Shown piece after piece: positions 1-11,546 of a DNA stretch of 64,000 bases (position 1 is its first letter; each line of letters begins with the position of its first letter). The DNA comes from Eledone cirrhosa (Eukaryota), in the NCBI GenBank assembly GCA_964016885.1, contig OZ024762.1, positions 27,776,001-27,840,000 on the forward strand, given 5' to 3'. The position numbers were made by a program, and so were the translations under genes. The notes beneath the pieces were generated by a model that saw only the letters and a list, made by a program, of their open reading frames with translations, was not told the DNA's origin and searched no databases.

Positions 1-73
1 ATTATGTGAGGTAAAACCTTTACCGTGAAAATACAATAGTAAATATAGAGTAATGTAAATGCTAAAGGGTTAA
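1..73. mobile_element. Right end of TTAA-flanked MITE (piggyBac-like)
   Basis: Ends TAAATGCTAAAGGG-TTAA, same as the full copy at 6934-7153. Confidence 0.7.
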
Positions 74-74
74 A

Positions 75-182
75 TTGACCCCATTGCATTACTGGTACTT
101 TATTTTATCAACCCAGTAAGTATGAAAGACGAAGCTAACCTTGGCAGGATTTGAAATCAGTCCGTAAAGGGACGTAACTTAA
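75..182 (-). mobile_element. tRNA-derived SINE family A fragment
   Basis: Matches the family A body (CATTACTGGTACTTTATTTTATC...GGATTTGAA). Confidence 0.7.
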
Positions 183-190
183 TAACGATG

Positions 191-222
<32 letters not shown>

Positions 223-326
223 CATGATAATGTGAAATGTTTCTTCATCTGCATCAAATGCTAGACCAGGGGACTGTTTAATTAATTTAATAATTGTTGA
301 TTGTTTTGTTTTGTTAATTAAGGCTC

Positions 327-1492
327 TCAAACATATGATGACCCATTGTCCACGTGATAAGGTGGGGGTAATCTATAAGGCGGAGGTGGCTGAGTATAGG
401 TATTGCTGTATGATGCATTCTCATTACCATAAATTTCCTCATCTGATGGACTCTCTTGTTCGTCTAATGTTGATGGCTGGTATGGTAGGCCTATCTGGGG
501 TGAAAATTTACGACGTGCACTTGATTTAGGCTTACCATCTCCTGGAAGGATTACTGCCCGTTTCGAACGATTTGATTTGTCCTTTTGTGCCTGTTCCCTA
601 TGGAACATAACTGGGTCTTGGTCCTCAAATGAATGCCGTGGTTCCTTCGGCTTGCTCTTTTCTTTTTTCTGTTTCCGACTGCAGATCAGTAAAATAATGA
701 CGACGATAAAGATAGCTATTGCTACGGCAATAACAGTCGGTATTATAGCCTCTGCCCAGGGGTCAACCTGTACCACACCTCCAGTTCCGCTTGCTTCCGA
801 CACATCTTGGCATGCACCTTTCATTTGGAACTCAACGTTTGTAACTTTGTACTTTGGGGACATGTATTTACTGAACTTGGGGTTAATGTAACCCTTGTGG
901 TCAACGACCTTCTGTTTCATTTCATGTATGGTCTCATTGTCGCAGTGGTCAGTTGCTATACTGTTGTTGGTCCATGTTACAATCAACGAACCTGGTCGAG
1001 CGTCAATCACTGTGATGGAGTTTGCATCTCTGTCATCGAAATAAGACGATAATTTTTTAATGAGGTTCTTAAATTTTCTACGATCGTTTAGAAACCTTCT
1101 ACCATTCACATCGAACCTCATAATAAATTCTTGTGTTGGTACTGTGTCCGTATCACTGGCATTTATGTAAATCTGGATTATATCCTGCGCTATTTTGCCA
1201 CCCTGATCTATAGCATTTATAGTTAACTCAATTGGACTCTCCTTCATATCTTGTGGCAATGGTAGGCCAGAAAATGTTTGCTTTCCGTCATCAAACTGCA
1301 CCCAAGAGTAAGAGTATGTCGGAGGTCTATAGGAATCCCACTTGAATGCAACATCAAGAGTTAGGTCCCTTGTGGAACCGTCTTCAAGATCATTGAACGT
1401 ATTTTCGGGTATCTGGAATTCAAACATTTTCCCAGCGAAAGCATATATCTTTCCGATTGGATTGATAACATCAGGAGCCATATTTGGTGGTT
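327..1492 (-). CDS. DAG1: Dystroglycan last coding exon (second cadherin-like domain, SEA domain, transmembrane helix, cytoplasmic tail)
   Basis: Acceptor CATTGCAG|AA; 'GKMFEFQIPENTFNDLEDGST', 'SWVQFD', SEA autoproteolysis motif RPG|SLIVTWTNNSI, TM IIPTVIAVAIAIFIVVIILLIC, basic juxtamembrane RKQKKEK, C-terminal PPPPY/PPPY WW-binding motifs; TGA at 329-327. Confidence 0.95.
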
Positions 1493-1679
1493 CTGCAATG
1501 AGAAATCAGATATATAGATAGATATACAAACATGCATACATAGATATATATGCATACATGATGGCTGCAAACTCTGCTAAAATTATTGCAATCGCTTGTC
1601 AGATTATAGAGTTTGGTGCACTTTTAGGCTATGGCCAGCCACACAAACCTGCAACAGATCCTGAACAAGTAATGCCTGT

Positions 1680-2040
1680 GCTTTTAAGGGTTTTTTAAGT
1701 GGGGAAAGGCCTTGCACTCGACCAATCCCACTCTCTGAGCATCGAAAACACTATCCAAAAAGGAGAGCTGGTCAATATCATCGGATGCCTCCTAAGCCGC
1801 AGGTATTTTTTTTTTAGAGTTTCCCTCTCCTAGAAATGTGTTTTGACAACAACTGAGGGCCTTTCAATCCCAGGTGGGGGAGGGGGTGGTACTATTTGGA
1901 TGGCCATTGACTCTGCTGAGTTCCTCTGCCCTTTGCCAGGTCTTGTATTTCATCCTGCAGGGTGTCTGAATATCACCCTCCTCACCAAGCCAGCTTGGTG
2001 GGGTTGCCAGTTTAGTCGACAGGTTGTACTAGGTTACATA
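1680..2040 (-). repeat. Dispersed repeat, probably RTE-type LINE 5'UTR-derived (other copies ~13085-13295 +, 26860-27260, 27480-27783, 32778-33180)
   Basis: Shared motifs CCAATCCCACTCTCT...CCAAAAAG...AGAGTTTTCCTTCTCCT across five loci; the RTE origin is inferred from memory of such UTRs. Confidence 0.55.
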
Positions 2041-2456
2041 TGTATGTCGGTTGGTAGGTAGATAGACAGACAGACAGGTAAATAGAAAGATAGATAGATA
2101 GATATGCTGATAGATAGCTTGATAGATATGCAGATAGATAGCTTTATAGATAAATAATATATTTCATATATATAGGTACTGGTGCACATGTAGGGTGTGT
2201 ATGTTGTAGTGTGAGAAAGGAGTACTGTTTCATATATTGTAGGGTGAGAAATGAGAAAGAGGTACTAGTGAATACATGATGGGGTAAGAAACGGGTAGTG
2301 GTGAATACATGGTGGGGTAAGAAAGGGGTACTAGTGAATACATAGTGGGGTAGGAAAGGGGTACTGTTGGATATGCCATAGGGTGAGAAAGGGTTACTGG
2401 TGGGGTAAGCAAGAGGTAGTGTTGGATATGTCGTAGGGTGAGAAAGGGGTACTTAC

Positions 2457-4577
2457 TTGGTTTACGTTGCTTCTTTTTCTGTGTTTTTCGACTTTTTACT
2501 GTCGTGATTTCAGGTGTGAATCTCACTGAACGCCATGTTGGCACCTGTTTGGTCACGGAACGATCTTTATCTGTAACCCGCTTCTTGGGAACGGTACTTT
2601 GAGTTGTGAAAAAGGGGTCAACAGTTTTTGTATGCTTCGGTGGGAACCGAGAAGAAGTTTTCGTTACTGATTTTGGAATAGAAGATGTGTGTTTATGGTC
2701 CTTGCTTCTTCTTGATCCTTGCGTTGTCCTCCTATCAGGCGTTGAATAGAGTCGGGTTGTTTCGAAAGATGAGTCTGTGTCTTTAGTTTTTGATAAATGA
2801 TGGAGCAAAGACGACAATGAGGATGAGGGCCGATAACTTTCCTTGCTTAAAGATGGTGGCATCAAGATGTGAGAGGAAGATGAGAACATATCTTTGGCTT
2901 CAGAAACGAGGTTAACAAGGACCGATGCTAAATACATTTCACTACTGCTCATTAAAGGTAGACGGCTCTCAGGAGGAAGAATTTCTCTACTCAGTGAGAA
3001 TAGATCCATAACTCTTGAAGGAGGTCCTCTAATGTCGGATGAACTGGGCATTATTGTTGAATAATCACTGCTATGTGATGACCGTCTGATATCTGTGTAA
3101 GAATAGGTATCTGATGGTTGTGGGTGGAAACTCTCTCTGCTATATGATGGCCTGATTTCTCCAGATGACCGACTAACTCTTCTGTGTGATGATGAAGGAC
3201 TAATTCTTTCAGATGAACGATCAACTCTTCTGTGTGACTGTGATTCTCTAACTCTATTCGAGAAAGGATGAAGTGATCTGTTAGGATCAACTCTACTGGT
3301 CAACTCTACTGGTCTAACTTGTGAAGAGGAAGGATAAATCCTACTTTGTGATGGTATAATGCTCACATGAGGATCTGGTATGTGATATGACTGATCAACA
3401 GATTGTGAAGATTTAATTGAAGAACCACCCCTGTTGTCATATGTCTTAAGATGTTTAAGACTCTGATCATCTGTATGCGATGGTTTAAGAAATATGGATG
3501 AATATTCATACCTCGCAGATGGTTTATGATAGGGCTTGCTACGAGAGGATTCAACTTGAAAATAGGCAGAAGAAGGACCTCTACTAGATTCATCAACTCT
3601 ATGATGGGGTTCACTGATGTAAGGGTGTATACTACTACTTTCTGGTACTTTAAGGTGGACAGAAGACTGATCAACTCTGTGTGATGGAGGTCTAAACACA
3701 GAAGATGAACTATCAATTGCAGGAAATGGTTGTTTGTATATAGAAGAATAGTTGTTGACATCTGATGGCTTTCTTGCAGATGTCTCATTGATTCTACGTG
3801 ATGGCCTGTGTTCTATATCCCAATGGTCACTGCTCTGTGAAGGTTTAATATTATCATACGATTGACCACTGCTGTGCGAAGGTTTCATATCTATGTAGGA
3901 ATGACTACTTCCACTTCGTGATGGTTTGACATATCCAGGAGTAGAACGACTGCCAATCTCTGAATCTACATAAGAATGACCACTGCTACTACCAGATGGT
4001 TGAGGAGGTACAGAGTAGCGACCACCAATCTCTGGATCAATGTGAGAATGTCCACTGCTAATACTAGTACCTGATGGCTGAGGAGGTATGGAAGTGTAAC
4101 TGCCTATCTGCGAATCTATGTCAGAATGACCACTCATAATACGTGACGGCCTTACACGTATTGAAGAAGATTCCTCAGGACTCATTGGTCCTGTGTGTGT
4201 TACAGAATCATATGGTGACCGTGTGCTGGCATAAGGTTTTCCTACTGATATCAGTGGATCAATGGGAACCTCTCTGCTCGGCCAACTGGCTGTATATGCC
4301 GTGCTGAGGGATGGCGTTGTTGGTGTTGCTGTCGGTTCATATGTAGTAGGTTGTGGAATGTTGCGTATTGTTATTTCACTCTCCTCGAAATAAAACGTGT
4401 TTGTATCCGTCTGGTCAATGTACAATGTCTTCATAGTTGGCGTAGTTTCTTCAGGAATGCTACCCTCAGATGGCTTCAATTTTACCGGCGTGCTGCCATC
4501 TTCCTCTTCAATAGTTTCTTCATCAATATCTTCATCCCCTGAACCGGATCCGGAACCTGATCCATTATAGTCCAGAT
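2457..4577 (-). CDS. DAG1: Dystroglycan coding exon 3 (long Ser/Thr/Pro/His-rich mucin-like region)
   Basis: Acceptor ATTTCAG|AT gives DLDYNGSGSGSGSGDED in frame with ORF 2230..4479; donor CCAA|GTAAGT at 2457/2456; phases 1/1 match both neighbours. Confidence 0.85.
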
Positions 4578-4719
4578 CTGAAATATTAACAAAACAAGAA
4601 AATATATGAATATTTATACCTTGAATATTCTTTTAACATGTTCCAGCTAACTGACAGTGGCCATGCTGGGACACTGCCATTGTTGCAACACTTTTTATAG
4701 ACAGCCTTCATTGGTGGAA

Positions 4720-4870
4720 AATGGAGTTTGTTACTGCTAGACTGTGTTGGTATGGGCATGTGATGTGCATGGATGATGATCACTGGGTGAAGAAGTGCCA
4801 GGAAATTCCAGTAGAAGGAAGCCACAGTAGACGTAGACCAAGAAAGACCTGGGCAGAAGTTGTGAAACTA
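4720..4870 (+). mobile_element. 3' fragment of RTE-X-type LINE in dystroglycan intron
   Basis: Translates RLCWYGHVMCMDDDHWVKKCQEIPVEG...RPRKTWAEVV, near-identical to the end of ORF 23845..24888. Confidence 0.8.
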
Positions 4871-5089
4871 AATGTGGTTTCAAGCACTTTAAAAAAAAAG
4901 CAATGCTTGCTGCTAATAGTAAACTGATTTGTTTTTAAAAATATGCATTGCATGTTCCCTTCTGGACCCTCTTTGGAGTCTCAGGATACACAACCTTTGT
5001 GCATCTATCTCATGCCTCCCAGGACAAGTCGCAAGCCTACCACCAGTTTTTACGGCATGAAATGGAGACTACAGTATATTTTTCAAACA

Positions 5090-5435
5090 GATCACTCCAA
5101 GTAGAGCCACTACTTCTCTGAATTGAGAGATCACAGCTCCAATACTATGGGCATGTGGTTAGAATGTCTCAGGAAAGAATTGCTGGACATGTTTGTAGCT
5201 CGGAGATCAGAGAGTCACTCCAGGTAGAGCTGCTACTTCTCTGAATTGAGAGATCACAGCTCCAATACTATGGGCATGTGGTTAGAATGTCTCAGGAAAA
5301 ATTGCTGGACAGGTTTGTAGCTCGGAGATCAGAGAGTCACTCCAGGTAGAGCTGCTACTTCTCTGAATTGAGAGATCACAGCTCCGATACTATGGGAATG
5401 TAGTGAGAATGTCTCAGGAAAGAATTGCTGGATAG
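5090..5435. repeat. Tandem repeat, ~122-bp unit, ~2.8 copies
   Basis: CTCCA(A/G)GTAGAGC...TACTTCTCTGAATTGAGAGATCACAGCTCC recurs at ~5095, 5218 and 5340. Confidence 0.9.
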
Positions 5436-5679
5436 ATTTTACAGGCAAAACCAGCTGGCAGGAGACCCAGGCATAGACACCGAGCAAATTGGTTGGATAA
5501 CATCCATGAGCTCAGCTAGTCTCACTTGGGCATCCAGCCGAATCAGTTGGAGATGGTTGCTTCTGACAGGACCCGCTGGAGGGACTGTTTGAGGACTCTG
5601 CCCATGACCCTCACAGGAATAAGTGGCTGAAGGAAGAGGAGGAGGAGAAAGAAGAAGAAACATTGCGTGTTGATCTTAC

Positions 5680-6904
5680 CTGTATTTATAAAATCTCCGT
5701 CTTCTTCAGCAACATTGTCTGTAGTTAATGTAGGTGTAGCATCGATGAAAGGGGTCACAGGGGGTTTTGTAAAATCTTCTCCTCCAAAATCTGTTGGTGG
5801 AGTTATCGGCTCTTCCGTAGGGAATTCACTGAAACGCGATACCTCCCCTGATCCGGAAATTTCATAGACGCTCGTGGTGTACTTGCTGCTCTCACCCCAA
5901 GGAAGAGGTGTAGTGGCTGGTTGATCTGGATGGCGAGTTTCTGTGGGCTCGTATTGGGAATAAGAGGAAGAGGATGTCGGGTGCAACTGGCCTCCAGAAG
6001 GTTCATAAGACTCAGACCTGAAACGTTCATACCGGCTTGCTGAAGGGGTGGGCACTGTGAAAGTTTTCGTTGGTTCAAAGTTCACAGCAGATTCCCTTGA
6101 GGATACAAATGCAGAGTGGGATTCTTCTATAGGAGTAATTCGATTGGTCATACGGTCATCTGTTTTTATCATTGAAGAGGAAGACTTGCGAGCTTTAGTT
6201 GCTGGGATCACATGGATTTGAGGTGTCGGTGTTGGAGTCGAAAGCCTTGGAGCCTGACGTTTTAGACGTGGCCGGAATTGCTTGGAAGGGTTTACCAGTC
6301 CCGATATGTACCATCCTACCACATCAAAACCTAGCTCATTGGTAAGTCGTCCACCTATGACATTGTGTTCCAACACTTGCATGTAAAGATGCACCTCTTT
6401 ATATACGCTGCATGGCACCCTCCATGTAAGTTCTGTCACGTTTGGCAGCACGACATCTGTGTTGCCACGACCAGATGCTAAGATGGTATAGCTTTTCGAT
6501 GCGTCGTGCTTCGAGAACATTTCTTTGCTGGTCGAGATTCTTATGTCCGTTGCATTCAGGTCAAGGAAATCGGCAAGCTTTACCATAATGTCATACCTGG
6601 CCAAAACATCCAGCTTATACAGATTAACAGCAAAGATTAAAGTGGTTTGAATAAGACTTATACCTTTGTAGCAGTTTTTCTCAGGTTTATTGCTGTTAGA
6701 GTACTCGGAACTCATATAGAAAGGTTTTACCTCCAGATAAAATATGTCAGATACATCTTCATATTTATTTTCATTGTCTGATAATGTTACTTTTATATAC
6801 AAACTCTGTCCATCATGTGTTGTTGGAACGGCTATCAACTTGCGTGTGGATTCTTCATAGGTAAGCCACTGTGGTAACTTTTGGTCTTCAGTTGCTGCTG
6901 ATAT
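5680..6904 (-). CDS. DAG1: Dystroglycan coding exon 2 (rest of N-terminal domain, furin site, start of mucin region)
   Basis: Acceptor TTTTCCAG|ATA; starts ISAATEDQKLPQWLTY in frame with ORF 5543..6838; 'GFDVVGWYI' then RPRLKR|Q and STPTPTP as in alpha-dystroglycan; donor CAG|GTAAG at 5680/5679, phase 1. Confidence 0.9.
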
Positions 6905-6933
6905 CTGGAAAATAAGACAAAATACTTCTTTAA

Positions 6934-7153
6934 CCCTTTAGCATTTAAAACAGCCATATCCGGCCAGAATTCTCTCACCTTTTTCTATTCAAACCTGCTG
7001 TAACTGACAACTCATAATGACGTTAAAGTATTGTTCTCAAAATAAATAACAACAAATTCTTATAGATTTGATATTATGTGATATATTATGTGAGATAAAG
7101 GCTTTACCATGAAAACATTACAGAATATATAGAGTAATCTAAAGGCTAAAGGG
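6934..7153. mobile_element. TTAA-flanked MITE (piggyBac-like, non-autonomous)
   Basis: TTAA-CCCTTTAGCATTTA ... TAAAGGCTAAAGGG-TTAA terminal inverted repeats with TTAA duplication; further copies ~51695-51915, 57327-57708, 59258-59475. Confidence 0.8.
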
Positions 7154-7269
7154 TTAACTAAAAACCAAAATAAGAATTTTGTTTTTTGCTCTAACATAGC
7201 AGAGCATAATGAGGCCGTTTGCTTGCAAATGAATTGAATATTATTATTATCTATACATAAGAGAGCGAT

Positions 7270-7780
7270 GGATTGGCAGTATCGGTAGAGCGTCAGACAC
7301 CATGCTTTGCAACATAGAGTTATGGTCATTTATGTTCTCAGTTCAAATCCCGCTGAGGTTAATGTTGCCTTTCATCCTTACAGGGTCGATAAAATAAAGT
7401 ACCAGTAATGTAGTGGAGTAATTGCTGGCCTTGTGTCAAAAGTAGAAATAATTATTATCTATAAATAAGATTGGCAGTATCGGTAGAGTGCCCAACACCA
7501 TGCTTTGCAGCATAGAGTCATGGCCCTTTACGTTCTCGGTTCAAATCCCGCTAAAGTTAACTTTGCCTTTCATCCTTATGGAGGCAATAAAATAAAGTAC
7601 CAGTAATGCACAGGTGTAATTGCTGGCCTTGTGCCAAAAGTAGAAACAATTATTATCTATACATGCACAGTGGATTGGCAGTATCGGTAGAGCGTCGGAC
7701 AATATGCTTTGCGACATAGAGTTACGTCCTTTTAGATTCTGAGTTCAAATCCTGCTGAGGTTATCTTTGCCTTTCATCTG
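7270..7780 (+). mobile_element. Three tandem tRNA-derived SINE family A copies
   Basis: Heads at ~7270, 7469 and 7672 with A-box-like TGGCAGTATCGG and B-box GTTCAAATCC; common body and (AATT) tail. Confidence 0.85.
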
Positions 7781-7902
7781 GGGAAATATTTGTTGACAGG
7801 AGTAGAACATCATCAAGATAGTCATAACACAGTCTTGCCCTTAAACGATCTTTCGTGTATTTCATTTTGTATAAACGCTGTTCACAGGTATACGTACAGC
7901 CA

Positions 7903-8480
7903 AATAATTGTTTCTCCTTTTGGCACAAGGCCAGCAATCATCCTAGTGCATTACTGGTACTTTATTTTATTGACCCCATAAGGATGAGAGGCAAAGTTAT
8001 CCTCAGAAGGATTTGAACTCACTCCGTAAAGGGACGTAACTCTGTGCTGCAAAGCACGGCGTCCGACCTACCGATATTGCCAATACCCCGCGCTTCTCAT
8101 GAATAATAATTTTTCTACTATTGGCACAAGGCCAGCAATTATCCCAGTGCATTACTGGTACTTTGCCTTTCATCCTTACGGGGTCGATAAAATAATGTTA
8201 ACCTCAATGGGACGTAACTATGCTAGAAAGCATGGTGTCCAACCCTCTACCGATACTGCCAATGAATAATAATGATAATAATAATGGTCTCTACTTTAGG
8301 CACAAGACCAGCAATTTGAATGGAAGGGGAAAGTCGATTAAATCGACCTGATTGCATGACTGGTACTTTATTTTATCAACCCCATAAGGATGAAAGGCAA
8401 AGTTAACCTCAGAGGAATTTGAACTCAGACCATAAAGGGCTGTAACTCTATGCTGCAAAGCATGGTGCCTGACCCTTAGC
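7903..8480 (-). mobile_element. Three SINE family A copies on the opposite strand
   Basis: Reverse-complement copies at ~7903-8088, 8105-8263 and 8287-8478. Confidence 0.85.
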
Positions 8481-8689
8481 ACACGCAGTCCCCTTGTCCT
8501 CGATGTCTGACTATTCTATCTATCTGAGTTTGATTGTTTGTTACTGTCACATTAAGACATTACGTTCAGCTGAGTCTTGTGGCTAGACGTGTTATCTAAT
8601 CGGTATTCTAATCCAAAATAATTCAGAGCACTTTTTCAGGGACCACTTAGCCTAAAATTGAAACCTGTTGACAAGCCTAACAAAAATCC

Positions 8690-8736
8690 TTCGCAGGCCA
8701 GATGTGGCCCACGGGCTGATGGTTATCAACCCCTGA
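8690..8736. mobile_element. hAT-like transposon end fragment
   Basis: GCAGGCCAGATGTGGCCCACGGGCTG...ACCCCTG resembles the subterminal motif and TIR of hAT/Charlie elements. Confidence 0.45.
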
Positions 8737-8805
8737 TATAGAGTAATATAAATGCTAAAGGGTTAAACTTTAATTTTTAACAAAAATTCTACTGATTTTG
8801 ATTAC

Positions 8806-9030
8806 CTTTATTGAACAGTTGTTGCAGTTCTTGAAGGCGTTGTCTGGTATCTTGTAGACGAATAGTTTCCCAGTGATGAGATGTTGGTCAGGGATTCCTT
8901 CCAAAATTGAAGGCCGGTTGTGATCTCTGCTGATATCTTTTGCTCCCCATACCAAAGTACTGCAGAGAATGGTCCATAAAAATATCGCTACGTAGCTTAC
9001 TGGGTGACACCAAATTTTCTCTCGTCTCAT
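8806..9030 (-). CDS. DAG1: Dystroglycan coding exon 1 (signal peptide, start of first cadherin-like/Ig domain)
   Basis: ATG at 9030; hydrophobic leader VSYVAIFLWTILCSTLVWG; 'IPDQHLITGKLFVYKIPDNAF' resembles the dystroglycan Ig-like domain; donor AAG|GTAAT at 8806/8805; 225 nt, phase 0; acceptor CAG at 9045-9043 upstream. Confidence 0.85.
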
Positions 9031-9064
9031 TTTGATATTTTACTGTTTCAGAGTAAAGTGAAGT

Positions 9065-9325
9065 GAAGGCGTGTGGCTTGGCCCGGTGTGGAGTGGTCTG
9101 GAGTCGAGTGGTGTGTAGTGGAGTGATCAGGAATGGTGTGGAGTGGTTCGGTGTGGAGTGGAGTGGTCTAATGTGGTGTGGAGTGGAGTGGTCTAGTGTG
9201 GTATCGAGTGGAGTGGAGTGGTGTGGTGTAGGAATCAGTGTGGTTTTAGCTTTAGTATTGGTTGTGTTCTGGTGTGGTTTAGGTTTATTGTGGTACGGTA
9301 TAGTATGGTATGGTGTGGTCTAGTG
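9065..9325. repeat. Degenerate (GTGGA/GTGGT)n pentamer repeat
   Basis: Directly visible. Confidence 0.85.
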
Positions 9326-9462
9326 TCAGTTGGTTTTGCTATTCAGATCATCAAAATAAATTGGTTTAGCTTTGTTCTCTTCTCTTTTAGTTGTTATTTT
9401 TGTGTTTTTCCCCAACTTTAATTAATGGTGATCTCTTCTATATTTGGAATATTGGAACATAC

Positions 9463-9470
9463 CAGATTTT
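9463..9470 (-). other. Candidate 8-nt 5'UTR microexon (AAAATCTG)
   Basis: Minus strand reads TCTTTCTTTCTCTCTTTTTTTCTCAACAG|AAAATCTG|GTATGT, ~420 nt upstream of the acceptor of the first coding exon. Confidence 0.35.
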
Positions 9471-9574
9471 CTGTTGAGAAAAAAAGAGAGAAAGAAAGAT
9501 TAGACATGATAAATATATGAATATATTAATGGAACAGCATCGAAGATCAAAACAAAATGAAAACGTACATGTAA

Positions 9575-9880
<306 letters not shown>

Positions 9881-10042
9881 AGACCACTCCACTCCACACC
9901 ATTCTATATATATTTCCCAGGTGAAAAAACTGACAATCTGCTATATCAAAACATTAATACTTTACCAAAATCTTATCATCTTTTTCCTTCATTCCCACCC
10001 CACACACACATTTCCTTGCATTATCACCTGTTTCCACATATC

Positions 10043-10077
<35 letters not shown>

Positions 10078-10078
<1 letters not shown>

Positions 10079-10494
10079 TTGGCGGTACTCAGTAACAGAG
10101 AAGACCCGCCTTACCTAAATACATAGTAAAACCTACTACAGCCAGTAGGCATCTCTAACAAAATCCCCCCCCCCCCGTCCCACCACCCCTACCCCATCCA
10201 CACCACCCCGTTCTATGTAAAGTTATGTTGGTGCCGCGCCATCCAGGCCGAAACAAATGAGATCGTGTAGGTGTCACGACAAAAAAACACACAGTCCACG
10301 CTGTAATGTGGCCGTGTAGGCAACACGGTAAAAACCTCCCAGCCCCACACTGTAAATGTGGTTGGTGTTAGGAAGGGCATCCAACTGTAGAAAACCTGCC
10401 AGACAGTCCTATGCGAGCAAGACAATCACTCTTGCCTCAAGTGGGAATACCCCCGTCCAAACCCATGCAAGCGTGGAACACGGACGTTAAACGT

Positions 10495-10525
<31 letters not shown>
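10078..10525 (+). mobile_element. 3' end/UTR of RTE-X-type LINE with (GAT)n tail
   Basis: [13 protein letters not shown] end and 3'UTR match 23708-23797 and 45180-45620; contains GGTGTTAGGAAGGGCATCCA; ends in (GAT)n. Confidence 0.8.
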
Positions 10526-10528
<3 letters not shown>

Positions 10529-10598
10529 ATATATAGATATTATATATATATATACAATGATATTAAATAAATGGAAACTATATTTATAAAACCATATT

Positions 10599-10660
10599 TA
10601 TTCTGTTATATATATTTCAAGGGTACCAAAAATTTTGGTACGCTATCATCAGATAAAATA
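10599..10660 (-). ncRNA. Minimal type I hammerhead ribozyme motif
   Basis: TATTTTAT CTGATGA TAG-C-GTACCAAAA/TTTTGGTAC-C-CTT GAAA TATATA TA ACAGAATA. Confidence 0.7.
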
Positions 10661-11326
10661 CAAAAATATAAATATTTGACATGACCAAGGATAACATACC
10701 TTAACGCTTCAAGTTATCCCTGAGAAGAAAAGTCAGATATTTAAATTATTAATATGAGTATGCAAATGATGTTTATATTAAAGGGCTGAAAAAACGTTAT
10801 TTTAGACGCTATGGAAAATTTAAATAATTATGATAAGTTATTGTATGGATAGTAAGGAAGAGAAAGGAATAATGTTAATTTTGAGGAAAAATTTGTTACC
10901 TATATTATGAGATATAATATTGTATATAAATTATTTGAAGAATTATAGTTGTAAGAATTTTTATCTTATTACATTAGGATAGGTTATATGTATAAATATC
11001 TCTCTATATATATTAATAATTTGCGTATGTATTGATTGTTTATATAAACAAATATGAGTTACGAAGGATGTTGAACTTTTATTTTTAAGTTGTGAGATTA
11101 GAATAATTTGTGGATTCAAAAATTTTTCAACATTGAGAATGTTTTCAGAATATTGTTAATTTAACGAAAGTATATAAATTATCAAACAAAAATTGTTAAG
11201 AGGAAGGAAGCTAAGAAGAAGGAAAAGGAAGACCACTTAAACGTTAATTTAGGGGAAATATATTCAGACATTTGTCTATATTTATATGGCGAATTATTTA
11301 TCTTATTATAAGAATATATAGATATC

Positions 11327-11546
11327 TATAGAAATTACATGAATCAAAGTTCTGTTTAAACCATTTATTCACTTACAATTGTTTCTTCCAAACCGAGGTT
11401 TGGGGTCTTCGGAGCAATTTTTCAATGATTTTTTATGTAAAAAATCATTGAAAAATTGCTCCGAAGACTCCAAACCTCGGTTTGGAAGAAACAATTGTAA
11501 GCGAATAAATGGTTTAAACAGAACTTTGATTCATGTAATTTCTATA
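11327..11546. repeat. Near-perfect 220-bp palindrome with a hammerhead-like motif in each arm
   Basis: Arms ~108 bp, centre ~11436. Plus arm 11456-11505: TTGCT CCGAAGA CTCCAAACC-TC-GGTTTGGAA GAAA CAATTG TA AGCGA. Mirror copy 11368-11419 (-). Confidence 0.85.

Noticed and set aside
2230-2456. ORF extension past the exon 3 donor (PLSYPTMYS repeats)
   Set aside because: Lies after a consensus GTAAGT donor and is a degenerate ~27-bp intronic repeat; a retained-intron secreted isoform cannot be supported without transcripts.
5543-5679. Hydrophobic ORF tail after exon 2
   Set aside because: Read-through into the intron beyond the CAG|GTAAG donor.
7270-7350. tRNA genes
   Set aside because: The A/B boxes belong to SINE heads; no cloverleaf, and they are followed by the SINE body.
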